A stretch of DNA of 64,000 bases from Parasitella parasitica NRRL 2501 (lineage: Eukaryota; Fungi; Mucoromycota). Within the stretch, counting starts at the first letter, position 1, and every line of letters begins with the position of its first letter. This document shows, piece by piece, positions 39,106 through 52,949 of this stretch. The stretch lies in assembly GCA_025201805.1 (NCBI GenBank), contig MU619303.1, forward strand, positions 85,867 to 149,866, read 5' to 3'. Made by a program: the position numbers and the translations under genes. A model generated the notes under the pieces. That model was not told where the DNA came from, made no database searches, and saw only the letters and a program-made list of their open reading frames with translations.

Positions 39106-39498
39106 TTAAATAGACCATGAAATAGGAATACGACCATCATTTAGTTTAGCAATCTTTTGAAATGCGGCTCTGCTCATATCAACGTCTCCCCTTTTACAGC
39201 CAGGGCATGTATCAACAATCTTTAAGGTGACAGAACCATGTTCACTTTTGACATTAATAGATTTACCACAATATGAGCTTTTCGGGCCAGATCCCATCCA
39301 TTCAATAGAAATCGCAGCCACAAGATCATCGTTAGAGTAATCCCCTCCACATGAGCTTCCTCCAACTGTGTAAAATGTACCATCTCCAGTCAACGAATCG
39401 CGGATATGAAGACGGTTTTTGATGGGAGCAGCTTGCACCGACACGGATAATGTTGAGGCAAAAAATATAAGACTAATAGCTGATAATAAAAATTGCAT
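39106..39498 (-). CDS. Secreted RlpA-like double-psi beta-barrel (expansin/loosenin-like) protein
   Basis: Signal peptide, GDGTFYTVGGSSCG, DLVAAIS, CGKSI, IVDTCPGC, DVDMSRAAF, GRIPISW. Intronless. Confidence 0.9.
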   Translation of the reverse strand: MQFLLSAISLIFFASTLSVSVQAAPIKNRLHIRDSLTGDGTFYTVGGSSCGGDYSNDDLVAAISIEWMGSGPKSSYCGKSINVKSEHGSVTLKIVDTCPGCKRGDVDMSRAAFQKIAKLNDGRIPISWSI

Positions 39499-41129
39499 TG
39501 TTGATAGAAGAAGAAAGAGAGAATGTCAGTGATAGCTTATTTTTTTTAGGCAAAATAGGAAAAAAAAAGAGGGAAATAATTCAAGAAAGAGTTCGAAGAT
39601 GTCAAAGTACATGTTGTATTTATATATCTCATCGTGTACCCTTGAAAAAGGTAATAATCTAGCAGCACCAGTGAAAGCAGCAGCATCAACGACAGCTGTG
39701 TTATGTACTAAGGGGGTTTGAAGGGGTTCTGGAACTGGTTCCAACAGTTTTAAATCGATATAAATCTACCATAACAGTACTATAAATATAACGAAACGGA
39801 GGTGTCAATAGTAAATTGTACAATGTATCGATATTCGGGTTTTCTTTGCAAAAGTGTTATTTAGGAAGAAGAAGAGTAATAATTTTTTGTTAGTAAAATA
39901 TACATGTAATGCTTGTTGGCTTACAATAAAGTTTCAGCTTCAGGGACAATGATACTCTACCCACAAATAAAGATAACATCAAGTGATGTTTCCACCTCAA
40001 TACCATTTGCATATATAAAAAGCTTTTGTCTACTACGGTATTACCTTGTACCTTACTATCATTATTATTTGGTGTTATGAATATTTAGTGTCATGAGGAA
40101 TTAATGTTAATACGTTACACTGGATTATAAATCCGAGAGCGTTTTCGTTACTTTGATAAGTAATGCGAAAACAAACATAGATGTACAATCTCCACTTTTT
40201 TGTTTCTCTTTTTGATTATTCGCGCAATTGTATGGAAGAAAACTGAAATGCTTCGAATTTCATTGTTCATAAGTCTCTTTCGAAGACATATATTATTAAA
40301 ACTATGAAAGGTATCTATCAAATAAACATCGCCCCTCTCTTTTTCACTTTCACAAAGTATTGCTGAAGCATGTTTGTGTGTGATTGGCTGTGTCAAACTG
40401 TAGTATTCCAAGCATGTATTTTCTTGAACTTCTTTTATTAACATGATCATGTCATCCAAACCTATGTAACTGTTCATTTCAAAAAGAGCCAAAATATCAT
40501 GATTTTCTAGATAAGCAGGTACTGTTTATGATGGTTTAATTAGCAAATGAGCCTATAAATATGTCAGGCGAGAGACACTTGCAATAAATGTTTGTGATTT
40601 TTTTTTTTCATTCTTTTCTTATGAGGCCCCTTATAAATATTAGAATCATTAAATAAAATACCAGAAATATCTATCTTTTTCTTATCGATTATAACAATAT
40701 GCAGCAATCAAGTGTTGATAGTAATGCAGTAGTAAATACCTACATTGTAGTTGAATAACCATAAACTCAGTTTGTTTGTCGCCATCCCAACCTATTGTCA
40801 CTCATGCTCATGTGATAATGGTACATGAACAGTATTTGGTTTTGTCAATGGATATTTTACATAAATAATCAACATCAGATAACTTTTTGTACAAATCAAC
40901 ATCGATAATCACGTTTATTGCATTACTATATCAAGACCTTTTTTTAATTACATAAGTTTCAATACTGTTATGCTATTTCCTTCTGACGCATTCAATTGCT
41001 TATTTGGCATATGCAATGATACCGTTTCTTAAAGTAGACTCCTTCAAATGAACTTCAAGGGCATACAATCAGCGATTTCCTGGAGTTCTAAAAAATGGCA
41101 AAACGTAAAAGTTTCTTTTTCAGAAAGCT

Positions 41130-41790
41130 AAATAAGTACAGATTTTCTTTACGAGGATGGGAAGGAGAGAATTGATGCGATGGAATTAGAAGAGGCTAAC
41201 TTACATCACCTTGGAAACATTAACCCGCAAGACTTTATTACGAAAAACAGAGCTCAGAGTGAATCTCGGTTGATAAAGCTTCAATGTTACTTGCGAAAAA
41301 AAAAACTGTATAATTGAATAAAGCTCTTCAATGCTATCAAGATTGGAATATTTTGGCAAAAGCAAACGAACATAGTTAATAGGCTTGATAATAGTTTGAG
41401 ATTCAGCTGATCAATTTTTATGATGATACCGTAATACTCATGCTAGAAGATTGGTGTCAGAAACTTTATGAAAGAAGGATGCAGCCTTTTATTTTTTTAA
41501 AAAAAAACTCACCCTTCACCTGAAAGCAGAAAATCATCAATCGAAAGTTATATAGATCGTATAGCATGGATTGAGAAGTGGAATAAGACAGATATGAACC
41601 ATCTCGAAAACTGGGGTTTTATGGCTCAATCGGGTTTCGACTTCAATACGACATCTCCTTGAAGATGATCTATTAGCGATCAAACCCTCCATTACCAAGT
41701 TGTCCTAGTAAATCGTCTTAATTTCAAATCTTCCAACAGACGGAACCTTGGTCATCTTACGATCAAGCACAATTCCACAACAGCGTTAAA
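41130..41790 (+). mobile_element. Highly degenerate Tc1/mariner (IS630-like) transposase remnant
   Basis: Fragments DFLYEDGKERIDAMELEE, LINFYDD, NFMKEGCSL and WIEKWNKTDMNHLENWGFMAQSGFDFN (decayed WxxTDMDYLxNCVFIDESGFDIN). Many stops and frameshifts. Confidence 0.7.
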
Positions 41791-41977
41791 CGAAATTGGC
41801 ACTGTTTATAGTTATAAATAACACAATAAAGTATTCACGTGTCAATTTTTTCATATAAAACAATCGTTTTGTATTTTTCCTTTTGCTCTCCCTCTCTTTT
41901 ACCACTATTTTAACATTTTTTATATGCTCATCAATTACTTTTAAAAGTTATTGCGACAACAAGGGACATTCAATTCA

Positions 41978-42969
41978 ATGGTAGACTTTACAAAGGAATT
42001 TTATGATTTTGATCCATTGCCTCGAACAAGTTGGAAGCCTTCTTCTTCATATGATTCTTGTATAACCGACGAAGGCTATCATACAGATGAAAAACCGCAT
42101 CAGCAAAACAAACATGATAACGAAATACCCATTCTGAAAAGTAATCGCACGATGTATGTACTGTAATCCAAACCAATATAGACAAAAAATCTTGAACTAA
42201 CTGCCAAATAATATACAGTCAGATATCGTACACACCACTGACATATACCCTTACAATATTCATAATCCTACTATCTATCCATACAATTTCAAAACAACCG
42301 TTTCCATGGGCACATACATTTCCACCTGTCTTTGTCTTGTTTCATCTATTTTTTCATGTCGCACACTTGATGGCACATCTGCTCAATTGGCTGCAACTCG
42401 AACGCCGTTGTGTTGTGTATGGCACATGGCTGTATTGGACTGGTTGGCTACTTGGCATATTGCTATTTTCTGAACGTCTAGCTGTTCATGTCGCTCATAA
42501 TGCCTCAACTTCCATCCTATTCTGGCTCTTGATGCTTGAAAGAAGAAACGCCTGGGGTATCATTGTTTGGGAATTTGTTAGTAGATTAGATCAAAATCTG
42601 AACTCCTGGTCATCGTCGTCGTCCTCTGGGCCAGGAAACTTAAAGACATCAAGGCCTCTCAAACTATGGGAATTGGGAAGTTTTCGGCTCTTAGTTTTTC
42701 GTGTCTGGTGCTTGCTAGGAACAGGGAGCTTCTGGGGCCTACTGTACATCGGTCTAGCCAAATCAGATGGCTATGCTTTTAAATATTTGTTGCAAATTCA
42801 TCACATTATGAAATTGTTGCTGGTCAGCACAATGGGTGGATTCATGATGATTATATTTTGGAGCTTTTGGACCTTTCAATACAAAGGTGTATTGTGGCAA
42901 AAAGAGTCAAGAAAAGGCATCATTGTTTGGTACAGCGATGGTGTAGCTCATGCTGCCGAGGTCGTGTAA
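41978..42969 (+). CDS. Hypothetical multi-pass membrane protein (2 exons)
   Basis: ATG 41978; intron ~42154-42218 restores the frame into the 42337-42969 ORF. Hydrophilic N-terminus followed by several Trp/Gly-rich hydrophobic segments. No recognised family. Confidence 0.7.
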
Positions 42970-43423
42970 TTCTACATTGTAAATAAACAAATGCCCTATT
43001 CTGATTTTCTCAAGTTAAATTGTACCTACAAAGTGTCTTCTTACCAAGCGACATTACCGATTGCAATTTCATGCATTTCATGACAACCACGAATTCAGTG
43101 GCATCCAATAAAAATATTAGGGATTTCGCAGCTGCTTGAAGGGGCATTAGATGATATACAGATGTAGCATACATCAGCAAACTGAACAAATGTCCTGATC
43201 ATGTGCAAAAATATAATGTAATAAATCAAATGTCAAAACATGACGAAAATCAGTACATCCAAATATGAAATGAAGCAATATGAAGCGGATGATGTGAATT
43301 GGGGTATCATTTAGTCATCAATAAAATGATCCTACTCTTTATGTATAAGAAAAAAAAAATTAAAAAAAAAAAAATTAAAAAAAAAAAGAGAACTGTACAA
43401 AATGTAATAGAATAAAAACCGGA

Positions 43424-46400
43424 TCAAATCTTTCCTTTATCGACATAATCCTTGAATTGGAATGAGGTGTCTGTGCTCAAGAATTCATGAGCCAATAAAT
43501 CAACGGCAGTTGGTCTCTTTAGAGGGTCGCTATAAATGAGTGCTGTTAGCCCGTAAATAGCAGATGCAAAAAAGCCCAGCTTACATTATAAAGCACTGCC
43601 TCAAAAAATCTTTTGCACAGTCAGATATATTTTCGGGTATAGTGGGTGTATTTAATCTTCCAAGCTACTCCAGATAATGAATTTATAAATACAGGATCCA
43701 ACTCCAAACAATTAAACTTACATTGTACAATGCGGCAATCTGGTTCAAAGCGATCCAAGGTCGTTGCCCTGTTAGCATTTCTATCACAGTGCAACCCAAG
43801 CTCCAAATATCGACCTTGGCGCTATAAGGTTCGTTTTTAACCACTTCAGGGGCCATCCAGTAGATGGAACCGCGAAGCGACATTCTAGAATTTTGATCGT
43901 ATACTTCATCGTAATCATTCTTTTTGGATAGACCAAAATCTGAGATCTTGCATATACCATCAACTTCTACTAGAATGTTGGCAGCTTTGATATCCTAGAT
44001 ACGAAGACGGTAAGTTGCGCATATACACAATGGGCTGTTACAATCCAAAATTTACTCTATGTAAGATATGCTTTGAGTGAAGATAGGCTAGACCACAACA
44101 GATTTGTCTTGTAAAGTATTTAGTGAGGGCTTCATCAAATGCACCATGCAATGCCAGTCGACTTGCCACGCTGCCACCGGATACATAATCCAAAAAGATG
44201 TTGATAACGCCTTCTGTATTATCCTGTCCATAGCCAAGATATTGTACAATGTTCTCATGGTCTAGATCTCTCAAGGTCATGATCTCCTGGTAAAGAGCTT
44301 CAACCATGTCGTGCTGGTCCTCATTGAGCAAATCGGACGCAGTTTTAGGGATTTCAACCTGCTTGACAGCAATAACTTCCCCACTACCAACGTTGAAAGC
44401 CAAGTACACTCGACCAAATGAGCCTTTGCCAATCAATTTACCTCGAATCCATTGCATTGTATCGTCATTCTCGCCGCTAGTACCATGCGAGAGACGCATT
44501 TGTTTGCTGACCGACGGCAAGCGCGCCATCACGTTCTGGCTACGAGCCTTGAGTTCTACCACACGCTGGCCCCATAGCTTGGTGCTCTTTCGACGCACCA
44601 TTTTGTTGTTTGTGTATCTTCGGCTAGCTTCACGTGCAACCAGTCGAACAGATTTAGTATGACGTTTGGTAGGCTCCACTATAACTTCTTTGTCTAGATC
44701 TTTGCTATCAAAATACTGTTCCATGTGCTGGAATACGACTTCTGCAGGAGGCCTTTCTCCCCAAAAAACTGCTCCACTAGATTTTTTAAGGGGTGGAGTA
44801 GGCATTGGTTTCTTAGCGGCGGATTTCTGAGATGGATTGATCTGCATTTGATCTAGATCATTGGATATGTCATTTGTGGTATTAGGCATAGCAGCCCATA
44901 GTTGCTGCTGCTGTGATTGGGATTGAGGCTGCTGTGTAGGGGGTACAGCCCACAAGTTGGCGCACAAGCTGCCTTTGTTTTCAAGCATCTTGTCCATGTC
45001 CGGCTCTGATCGACGCCACGATGTTTGTGGGGATGGTACAATGAGTGGATCACTGCCTGTCCTACATTTTGCAATTTGAGGTGGATCACACAACTGGATG
45101 CCAACATGCTGTGGTTGCTGTGTGTGTTGAGGTTGTGGTCTCCTCGCTGCTTTTCGGCATAGAGGCTTAAACGTTGGCGAGCTCTTATTCCCTGTGCGGG
45201 TGGGGCTAGTTCATGCACATTAGTACTTACGGAACGGCCATCAAGGCTCGAAGCTTACCTTTGATTTTGCAGAATATCAGCAGTTGGTGATTTGCCCAAC
45301 TCTGGTGTGGATAGGGTAAATGTATAATCGTTGAAGAGCGGGTGATGAGCAATTACAGGTTTTACTAGTATTCGCTGAGATGCCGAGCGATCGGCAGTGG
45401 AGCATAGATACATGATTTCTTGGGGGTCCATTGGCGTGTCTAAATATGATAAAAAGGAGATATTTTAGTGTTTGTTTTGGTCAAAATATGAATGATAAGA
45501 TTTACCTGGATCAGAACCATTTTCATGGAAATATTGATACAGATCACAATCACCGCCAAATTGCATACGTCTCAGGATGTGCTGTTTGATGGCCACCGGG
45601 TCTCTCATATTGGTCACATTGAGACTGTACCAAGTGTCCTTGTCTGCCGTAATCTGAATTCTTTGCTCCGCTGGTCTCTTTGATAGCGAAGGCTGCTGAT
45701 GTTCGTAGGAGTGCGACGATGGCGACAGTCTTTTGGTATTTAGCGAGGGCGATGAGGAATGCCAGTTTGCATAAGAGGCCCAAAACTTTGAAATTTTGTC
45801 TGGGGTGGATGATACACGTGCTGGTATCACTGGAGAGGTTCGCCTGGTTCGGTCGTCGTCGCCCGATTCATGCCGTCTATAACGCGGACCTGAAGCTGCT
45901 GAGTTTTGCTGTTGCTGCTGCTGTTGTTGTTGTTGTTGTTGTTGTTGTTGGGTATTAAAATGGAAAGGGTGCACAACAGTTGTCGTTTGCATTTGATTTA
46001 ACGGAGCATGTGATCTGAAAGTATTTTTTATTTTGTAGAAAGCTGCTTTTGGCGAGTAAGAGGATCTTGTCGGTGAGGTGTTGCTGTACTTTTTCGAAAA
46101 CGGTGCGATCAAATGGTCAGAAGACGGCGATGCTGAAGGCGAAGGTGATGAGGATCCAGCGGAATAGTGGGGTAAATAGCCAATGCCACTGTCTCTCGCA
46201 GTGGTATGATCAGCAACTGTGCTTTGCGGACTGATTGAGGGAATAATTTTAGATGCGGCTCCTCTTTTCCCGTTCTCCCCTAATCTCGTATATTCATGTA
46301 AATTTGTATTAATTGAAATCTATATGATAAGGTTAATATAGGCATTTAGGAGTATTTCGTATTTGTTTAGATTGCCTTGCTTGGTGTGCTCGGTGCAGGC

Positions 46401-46814
46401 TTCTGCTGCTGCCCAGGTGATGTAGGAACTAATGATCTGATCTCGCTCAAAAGTCTCCGTCTTTCATAGTAGGTTGTCATGGTTCTAAGCTGCTCTTTTA
46501 GTGAATAAATTCATGCTAGTTATTTTTGCGACATATAATTTAATACCTGGGTAAATACTCGACCAATTCAGCCAGGGTAATTTGAAAGAATCGTTCTCGA
46601 CAAATGCCATGCTCTACATATGAGTGAATGTTGGTTAAAACGAAATTTGCTTTGGCATGCATTGTGTATTACTTTCAAACGTAGAAGCAAACTGGCCCCA
46701 ACCCTTCTCTTCCAGCCATCGTGTCACTGTTTCTTGATTCCATGCATCGACTGCCGAGTCTCCTAAAAGTATCCGGATGTCGTTTTTCGTTGGTGGGTCC
46801 AATTGTTTAACCAT
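43424..46814 (-). CDS. BCK1: Cell-wall-integrity MAPKKK Bck1/Mkh1 with N-terminal SAM-like domain (multi-exon)
   Basis: N-terminal WNQETVTRWLEEKGW; Bck1-type WGERPPAEVVFQHMEQYF and RRKSTKLWG. Kinase motifs GKGSFG, AVKQV, HRDIKAANIL, DFG and GSIYWMAPE. Stop at 43424-43426. Confidence 0.9.
45907..45950 (-). repeat. CAA/CAG polyglutamine tract in BCK1
   Basis: (gtt)/(gct) run on the + strand encoding ~15 Gln. Confidence 0.9.
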
Positions 46815-47149
46815 CGAAATTGGTTGATTTGTGTCAACAAAAAGTAGATGATTTGTCTGGTGTATTTAACAGTAGTGCACAGTAGAAACAAAAGTGGGTT
46901 TAAACAGTTTATACAGCAGTAGATAATAATCAGCTAAAGAAGATGATGAAAAAGAGAGAAGAAAGGGTGAGCAGGTGAGAGTGGACGAGTGAGAGTGAGA
47001 GAGAAAAAGAGTGAAAAAGAAGGGGACAAGGGATGAAATTTAGGGAGAGTAGAGAAACACCCAGTTTTTTATTTGAAAATTAGTGAGTGTAACGTTTTTG
47101 GTTATGTAATCGTTTCAAGTAATGTGCTAACGTTTGGATCCAATAGACA

Positions 47150-47992
47150 TTATGAAATAATACCATCCTTCATCATTGCATCAATCAATTCTTGCAATGG
47201 CTGGATTTCCTTTTTCTCTAATAGATCAAATTCTTTGGCAAACGATATAAAATGTGCAAATAATGAATTCAAGTGAGGCTCTTCGGATAGAGATAAAATC
47301 TTATCATAATGGTGGTGGTATATATGTGCAAATAATCGAAACAGTTGTCCAAAAATACGTCGAATAAGCTGTGGAAATTCTCTTGGAAATTCTCGGCCTA
47401 CTTTTGTAGGGAATAACGTCTCATCGCCCATCATATTTTGTATACTAGACGCCATGTAGTCAATATACTGTGGTGCTGATAGCCTGATCTTTTTATTCGA
47501 AGCATCCACCCAAGTATACTCAATCCTAAAGTACATCATGATCATTATCCATGTTTACTCGCTAAACACAGTACCTAGTTACCCTGGTCCAGCAGACATG
47601 GCAGGACACATGTGTGGCGTACAGAAATCAGTGATTGACCCATAAAACATGTTGATATGATTGAAAAATTCAAAAGCTAAAATTCGAAATATCGTCAGTA
47701 CGAGTTCATTTATATAAATCCCATAAGAAAACCAACTGTTAAACGCAAGCCATTCATCCACATCGATGTACTTTGGTAATTCAGTGATTGTCTTAAAGCT
47801 GCCTTTGACCAGCATGTGTGTTACATATGGATTGGTTAGAAATAACGGCTTTGTATGATGTGGGAAGCTGGTTGACCCTTTTATTTTGGATAATTTATTC
47901 TTTTTTCCACCTAAACTGTGTATTCACGATACTATTTAAGAAAAACAATTACAACGCTATGGTTAAGTTTACCTGAAATTTAAAAAACTCAT
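47150..47992 (-). CDS. MOB2: MOB kinase activator, Mob2 type (4 exons)
   Basis: KPLFLTNPYVTHMLVKGSFKTITELPKYIDVDEWLAFN, CPAMSAGPG, EYTWVD, LFRLFAHIYHHHY, HLNSLFAHF. The LVKGSFKTI.ELPKY block is Mob2-like. Confidence 0.9.
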
Positions 47993-50704
47993 TTATTTCT
48001 TGTTGTTTTCTCGTGCTACAAATAGGGGTATATGAAGAAAAAAAAAAAAAAAAAAGAAAGTGTGATTCACCACCATTTCAGCTCGTTTCTATCCATTTAC
48101 CCCACAAAACTCAGCTTATAGTGACCATGTGGTACCTCAATGCACTAGTATAGTGTCTCCAACTGATATATGTAAATTGATATTGGAATGAAGCTTTACA
48201 AAAATGTTTATTAATAAATTAATAATTCATAAATATTGTTGTTAAGTAACAACAAATGTCCAGGTCTAAGTATTGTAAATCGTTTACTTACCTCAAGGGT
48301 TTAAGGTTTTCGATACATTTATATAGAAATAAAAAGACTGATTTCAGAGACGAACGCAGTAAATTGCCATCATTTTGTACATAGTCAATCATCCAAGTAA
48401 TGAAAAATATGTCAGGTATGCCATTACACTGTATTAACTGCAATGAATCTAGATTTAAGATACAGGAAAAGTAAAAGTTTAATGAAAACCAAGTGGGTTT
48501 CCAACTACTGAACTTTAATCCCACATTAAAGCCGTTAGAAACATTCTATAATGTAAAGAAACTAATTATTTACAAGGCAAGTCTTGCGTGCTTTTACATA
48601 TAGGAAAAATAAAAGGTTTGGACCGAGATAAGTGATTTCGATAAAAAGTATTTGAATAGTCATTTTAATCTATATAGTTTAACGAAGAAGAGAAAATCAG
48701 CATCGTTTTTAATTTATAATAAGCTCGATGCAAATGACATTTGCTCCATCCGATTACATTGACATCCACCAAAAACTTTGAAATTAAACCTGGATTTATA
48801 TAATATCTAAATAAAAATAAGGAACCACGATGATTTTTGTGTTTACTTTTAGGATACTGGTTCAATTGTTTAGTAACATTAAATCTGATATATTTATTAT
48901 AAACAATTTTTTCAAAATAATCAAAAATAAGGGTGATGCGGTATACCCTGTTTTATACAAATAAAGGCTAAATATGCCATACGTGTAAAATAGTTATACT
49001 TGCACTAACTATATTATTCATTGCTGGTAACTCTTTACAAGAAACAAGTTACAAGTAATAATTGAGCCTCTTGTAAATTTCTAGGCTGTTCAAAGATTAC
49101 ATCAAGATCAGATCGCAGTATTTAGGTGAGACATACTGTCCACATCTACTCTTGACAGTAAAATATAAGAATAGATCTGTTCTGAGATATAATGTAGTTT
49201 AATGATGTTTGGCACTTTATCTTGTTGAACATCAGATGAAATGTGAATAAACATTTGATTAAGACATATCTCACGTCAATAAAAGTCTTTATTTTTGTGT
49301 CTGGTTCTGATATTCAAAGAAGGCCTTTTTTCACTTTTAAATACCATTTACACGACAATTTATTATGTCCTTCACACTGGTACGACAGAGTTGACTTGGA
49401 CTACCTGGCAATAACATTGGCTTCCGTGTTTTCACTGATATCTATAAAGTTATCACATAATATCACAAATTTATATATCAGAATTGCAAGTAATCGCTGA
49501 TAGGCTACTATAAAGAGCAACATAAACACTGTCTTATGCCCCATAAAACCTGGCATGATCATTGCTATCTGAGCATAACTTGATTTCCACTGGGCAATGT
49601 CTCTATCAAACGTTTCTCAGTTTTCTGGATCGGGTTTAAAATTAAATCACGTGTTTTTTGTATTCGTGTGTGAAGGCATTGTTGGAATAATACCAGAAAC
49701 TGTAATGGGTAATTTAACATTGCTGGATATCATCGATTTTGAGTGCAGTAGGAATTCATCTGAGAATTTAAATACCGTATGATTAGATACTTTATTATGC
49801 TTGTGATGATTAAGAAACTTACATTTGAACCCGAAGCTAGAAAGTCTGCTAAGACCAGCTTAGAGACGACGAGATATGAAGATGGTCTATGAATAGAAAG
49901 ACTCTGATGGTAGATTTTACAAAAACTGTTGCTCTATCGACAAAGCTGGATTACATATAAATTTGAGAAATCTTTGGGCTAGAACAGATACTGGAAAACG
50001 CCCGTTATAGTGAAGGCAACTAAAATAAAGACTCCTTCTAATGTAATTATTAGAGCTATACATGCATCTAGTGTTATTCGTGTAGTGGTAAAGAAACCAC
50101 CCCAAAAAAAATTAGTTGAGTGAAAAAGGCATCCACACAAGCAAGAAATGAAAAGTAGCAAAGGGCAAAAAACATACTATAAATTAGTTTATTATAGAAA
50201 AACCAGCTGCAGAGTACCTTGATAATAACACCGAGAGCAATGCGCAAGATAGTTTAGAATTGAAATCAAAAGGTACAACAACTGCCTACTCTATCAAGTC
50301 TATGAATATCATGAGAATCAATAAAGATCTAAAAAAGAGTTTTTTTCGTAATGTATTCAAAAATCATACGTCCTGGCTGTAAGCTGATGTATCTGCCTCG
50401 ATATTCCCCTAAATTAAACCTACTTGAATAGTTTTGACAATCTGAAAAGGAACACAAACTATTGACTAAAGAAAACATGTTTGGTAGAATTGTTATGGCA
50501 TGTAGTGCCATACCTGCTAAATTTATATGCTACTTTTCTCAGAGTGATGACAAAACATGCTGTTCTCACTTTTATATAAAGATCAATAAACTTTTCATAG
50601 CTTCTTCTCATTGAAAATAAGACACTAAAGTACGAGCTGTATTCATAAACATCTTTTTTTATTATTTACAACATTCAAAAATGTTGTGTCTATCAGAGGA
50701 ATAG

Positions 50705-52949
50705 TTACAATTTGGCTTCAGATTCGATTTCGGTATTCATTAAATCTCTCAAATCGTTAGCAGCATCCTCAAGACACTGCTTGAAATGGTGAGTACCATT
50801 GATATATTTAGTGCCATGAACTTCAAGGTCCTTGACACTAGCGACGTTGAATTGAAGAGCGTTGCCCTTGATCATGTAAGCACAACCGAAACCGTCATTA
50901 ACAACTTGACCCCAACCGTATCCATCGAAATGCTCAGAGGATAATTGAGAGGTTGAAAGATACCAGTGGGAAGAGTAGGCATTGACGGGTTGAGTAAAAA
51001 GCTCAGGCTTGTCTTCGCCTGGTTGAATGCAGTTCTTTAAACCAAAGAGATGACGATCAACGCCATGACCATTGACGGCATCAGCCATGTAGGCACCCTG
51101 TGTTTTGAGAGCAGCGCGGAAAGCAGCAATCTTGGATTGGTTGTCTAGACGAGGATCCTCCATTGCCTTTACAAATGCAACTGATTCTGTGGTGACGGAA
51201 CGAGCAGTTTCGGTACGACCACGTTGAAACTTTCGGGTCTGGGCGGATTCATAGGTGGGGCGGGATGTGCCAAACATCTTGTAGTAGGCGAGTTGGATGA
51301 CCATTTGAGTGAAACCATCAGGAGAGCACTTGAACTTTTTGATCAAGTTCTTGCCATAGGATTGGTATGACAAGACAGTGAGATCGTGCTTGTTAATGAG
51401 CTCATCAAAATTGGATTCGGCAGATTGAATATCCTTGGAGATGGCATCATTCACGTGGAACTTAAGTTCTTGAGGGTTGGGGAGATCAGAACGAACCTCG
51501 ACACCACCATGATTAATCTTATCTCTGTTTAAACTGAAATGGACAAAACTGTGAGAATTTCGGCTGAGATTTGCGTTTATATAATTTATGCTTACCCATC
51601 ACATACGTATTCATTCAAACGGCAAGTAGCTGTGCCATCCATACAAGAGTGCTAAATGAAATGCGGATGAGTAAAAAATTCACTGTCGCTAGTTAACCAA
51701 CTAACCTCGCCCATAAAGCCTGCTTTGCCGTTCTCATATACAATGAATTGCAAAGGCTTATCAAAGAAACGATTGCGGCCGTCACCATGCCAGCATGCAC
51801 GAGACCCTTCGTCTCTAGTAACAGGCTTCTGATCGTCAAGACAAATGACAAAGTCGGATGATTCTACCTTTTCCAAATAAGCAGCATTTTCCGAATTGGC
51901 GGCAACCAAACGTTCTCTGTACTATGTAGAATTGTTTTAACTTTTATGTTCCCATGAACCCCCCCCCCCATTTGTGGGAGCCACTCAATTTACCTCTGTC
52001 CACTTATCGCGGTTGTCCGAAGTCAATACACCAATAGGAAGGCCCTTTGAAGACCCTGCTTGATCAATGATTCGTTGAAATTGATGTTGAAGCTCAGTGG
52101 TGGATAGTTGCTTGCCATTATGAATAGTATCGACAATGTAAAATTTGTTTTTGCGAAGTACTACCACGTGGTTATTCTTGACAGGGTCAAAAATGGCCTC
52201 ATAATCAGAGGGCTTCTTGGGCATACGACAGTTGTTAAACATGTATTTGTATGAGTCCATGCACATGGGCTCTCCCTTGGCCATTTCAATAGAAAGGGTT
52301 TTACTACAAAAGGAAGTTTCATTAGACACATTTGCGCTGCATGTCGTGCTGCTTTTATAATCACTTACTCGACAACCTGCTTTTTGAATTCAAGGGCTGC
52401 GGTTGTAATGGCAGCAGCACGTTGAGCAGGAGATTTGCGCAACTTGTCGTCCTTGTACAAGAAGAAATAGCTGACATAAATGACGACTGGATCCCGATAA
52501 CCCATATAAGCTTGGTCCAACCACCAATCTTCCATCCAGTTGACAATCTTAGGGTCATTGAAACGAGCTGTTAGGCGTTCCTGCAACTTCTGACCAAGAC
52601 CACCAGGCGCTTCGAAATCTTTGACGGCTTGCTCGGTCTTTGTGTATTCGGCATCGTTTAAAAGAGGGCGAACAGATTGAAGGTACTTTTGCAACGTGGC
52701 TCCCAAAGCAGGAACAGGCAATTTCGGTAGGTTATTTTGATACTTGAGCATGGGGCCAGCAGCTTTAGGATCGACAGGCGTCTTGGGTGCAGGCTTGGTA
52801 GACGATGCCATGGCACGGCGGGGAAGGGCATTTCTCTATTGATAAAATGCTTCGTTATGCTTTTGTTTTCTCGGGAAATCTATCAATGAACTTACGGCAG
52901 TTAATGTAAAGCGAGGAGATGCTCGAGCAGCATTCTTGAGGAAAGACAT
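50705..52949 (-). CDS. CAT2: Carnitine O-acetyltransferase, mitochondrial/peroxisomal
   Basis: Presequence MSFLKNAARASPRFTLTA|RNALPRRA. Motifs LPKLPVP, NWMEDWW, NRFFDKPLQFIV, catalytic GE|HSCMDG, SPDGFTQMVIQLAY, YESAQTRKFQRGRTET, LSTSQL. C-terminal PTS1 AKL. Confidence 0.95.

Noticed and set aside
37435-40492. Isolated ORFs 37435-37740 and 40148-40492
   Set aside because: No motifs, atypical composition and no supporting gene structure.
49500-49790. Minus-strand coding-like stretch with in-frame stops
   Set aside because: No recognisable homology; cannot distinguish a pseudogene from random sequence.
49803-49907. Possible C/D snoRNA (GTGATGA...CTGA)
   Set aside because: No terminal stem and no recognisable rRNA-complementary guide; such boxes arise by chance in AT-rich DNA.
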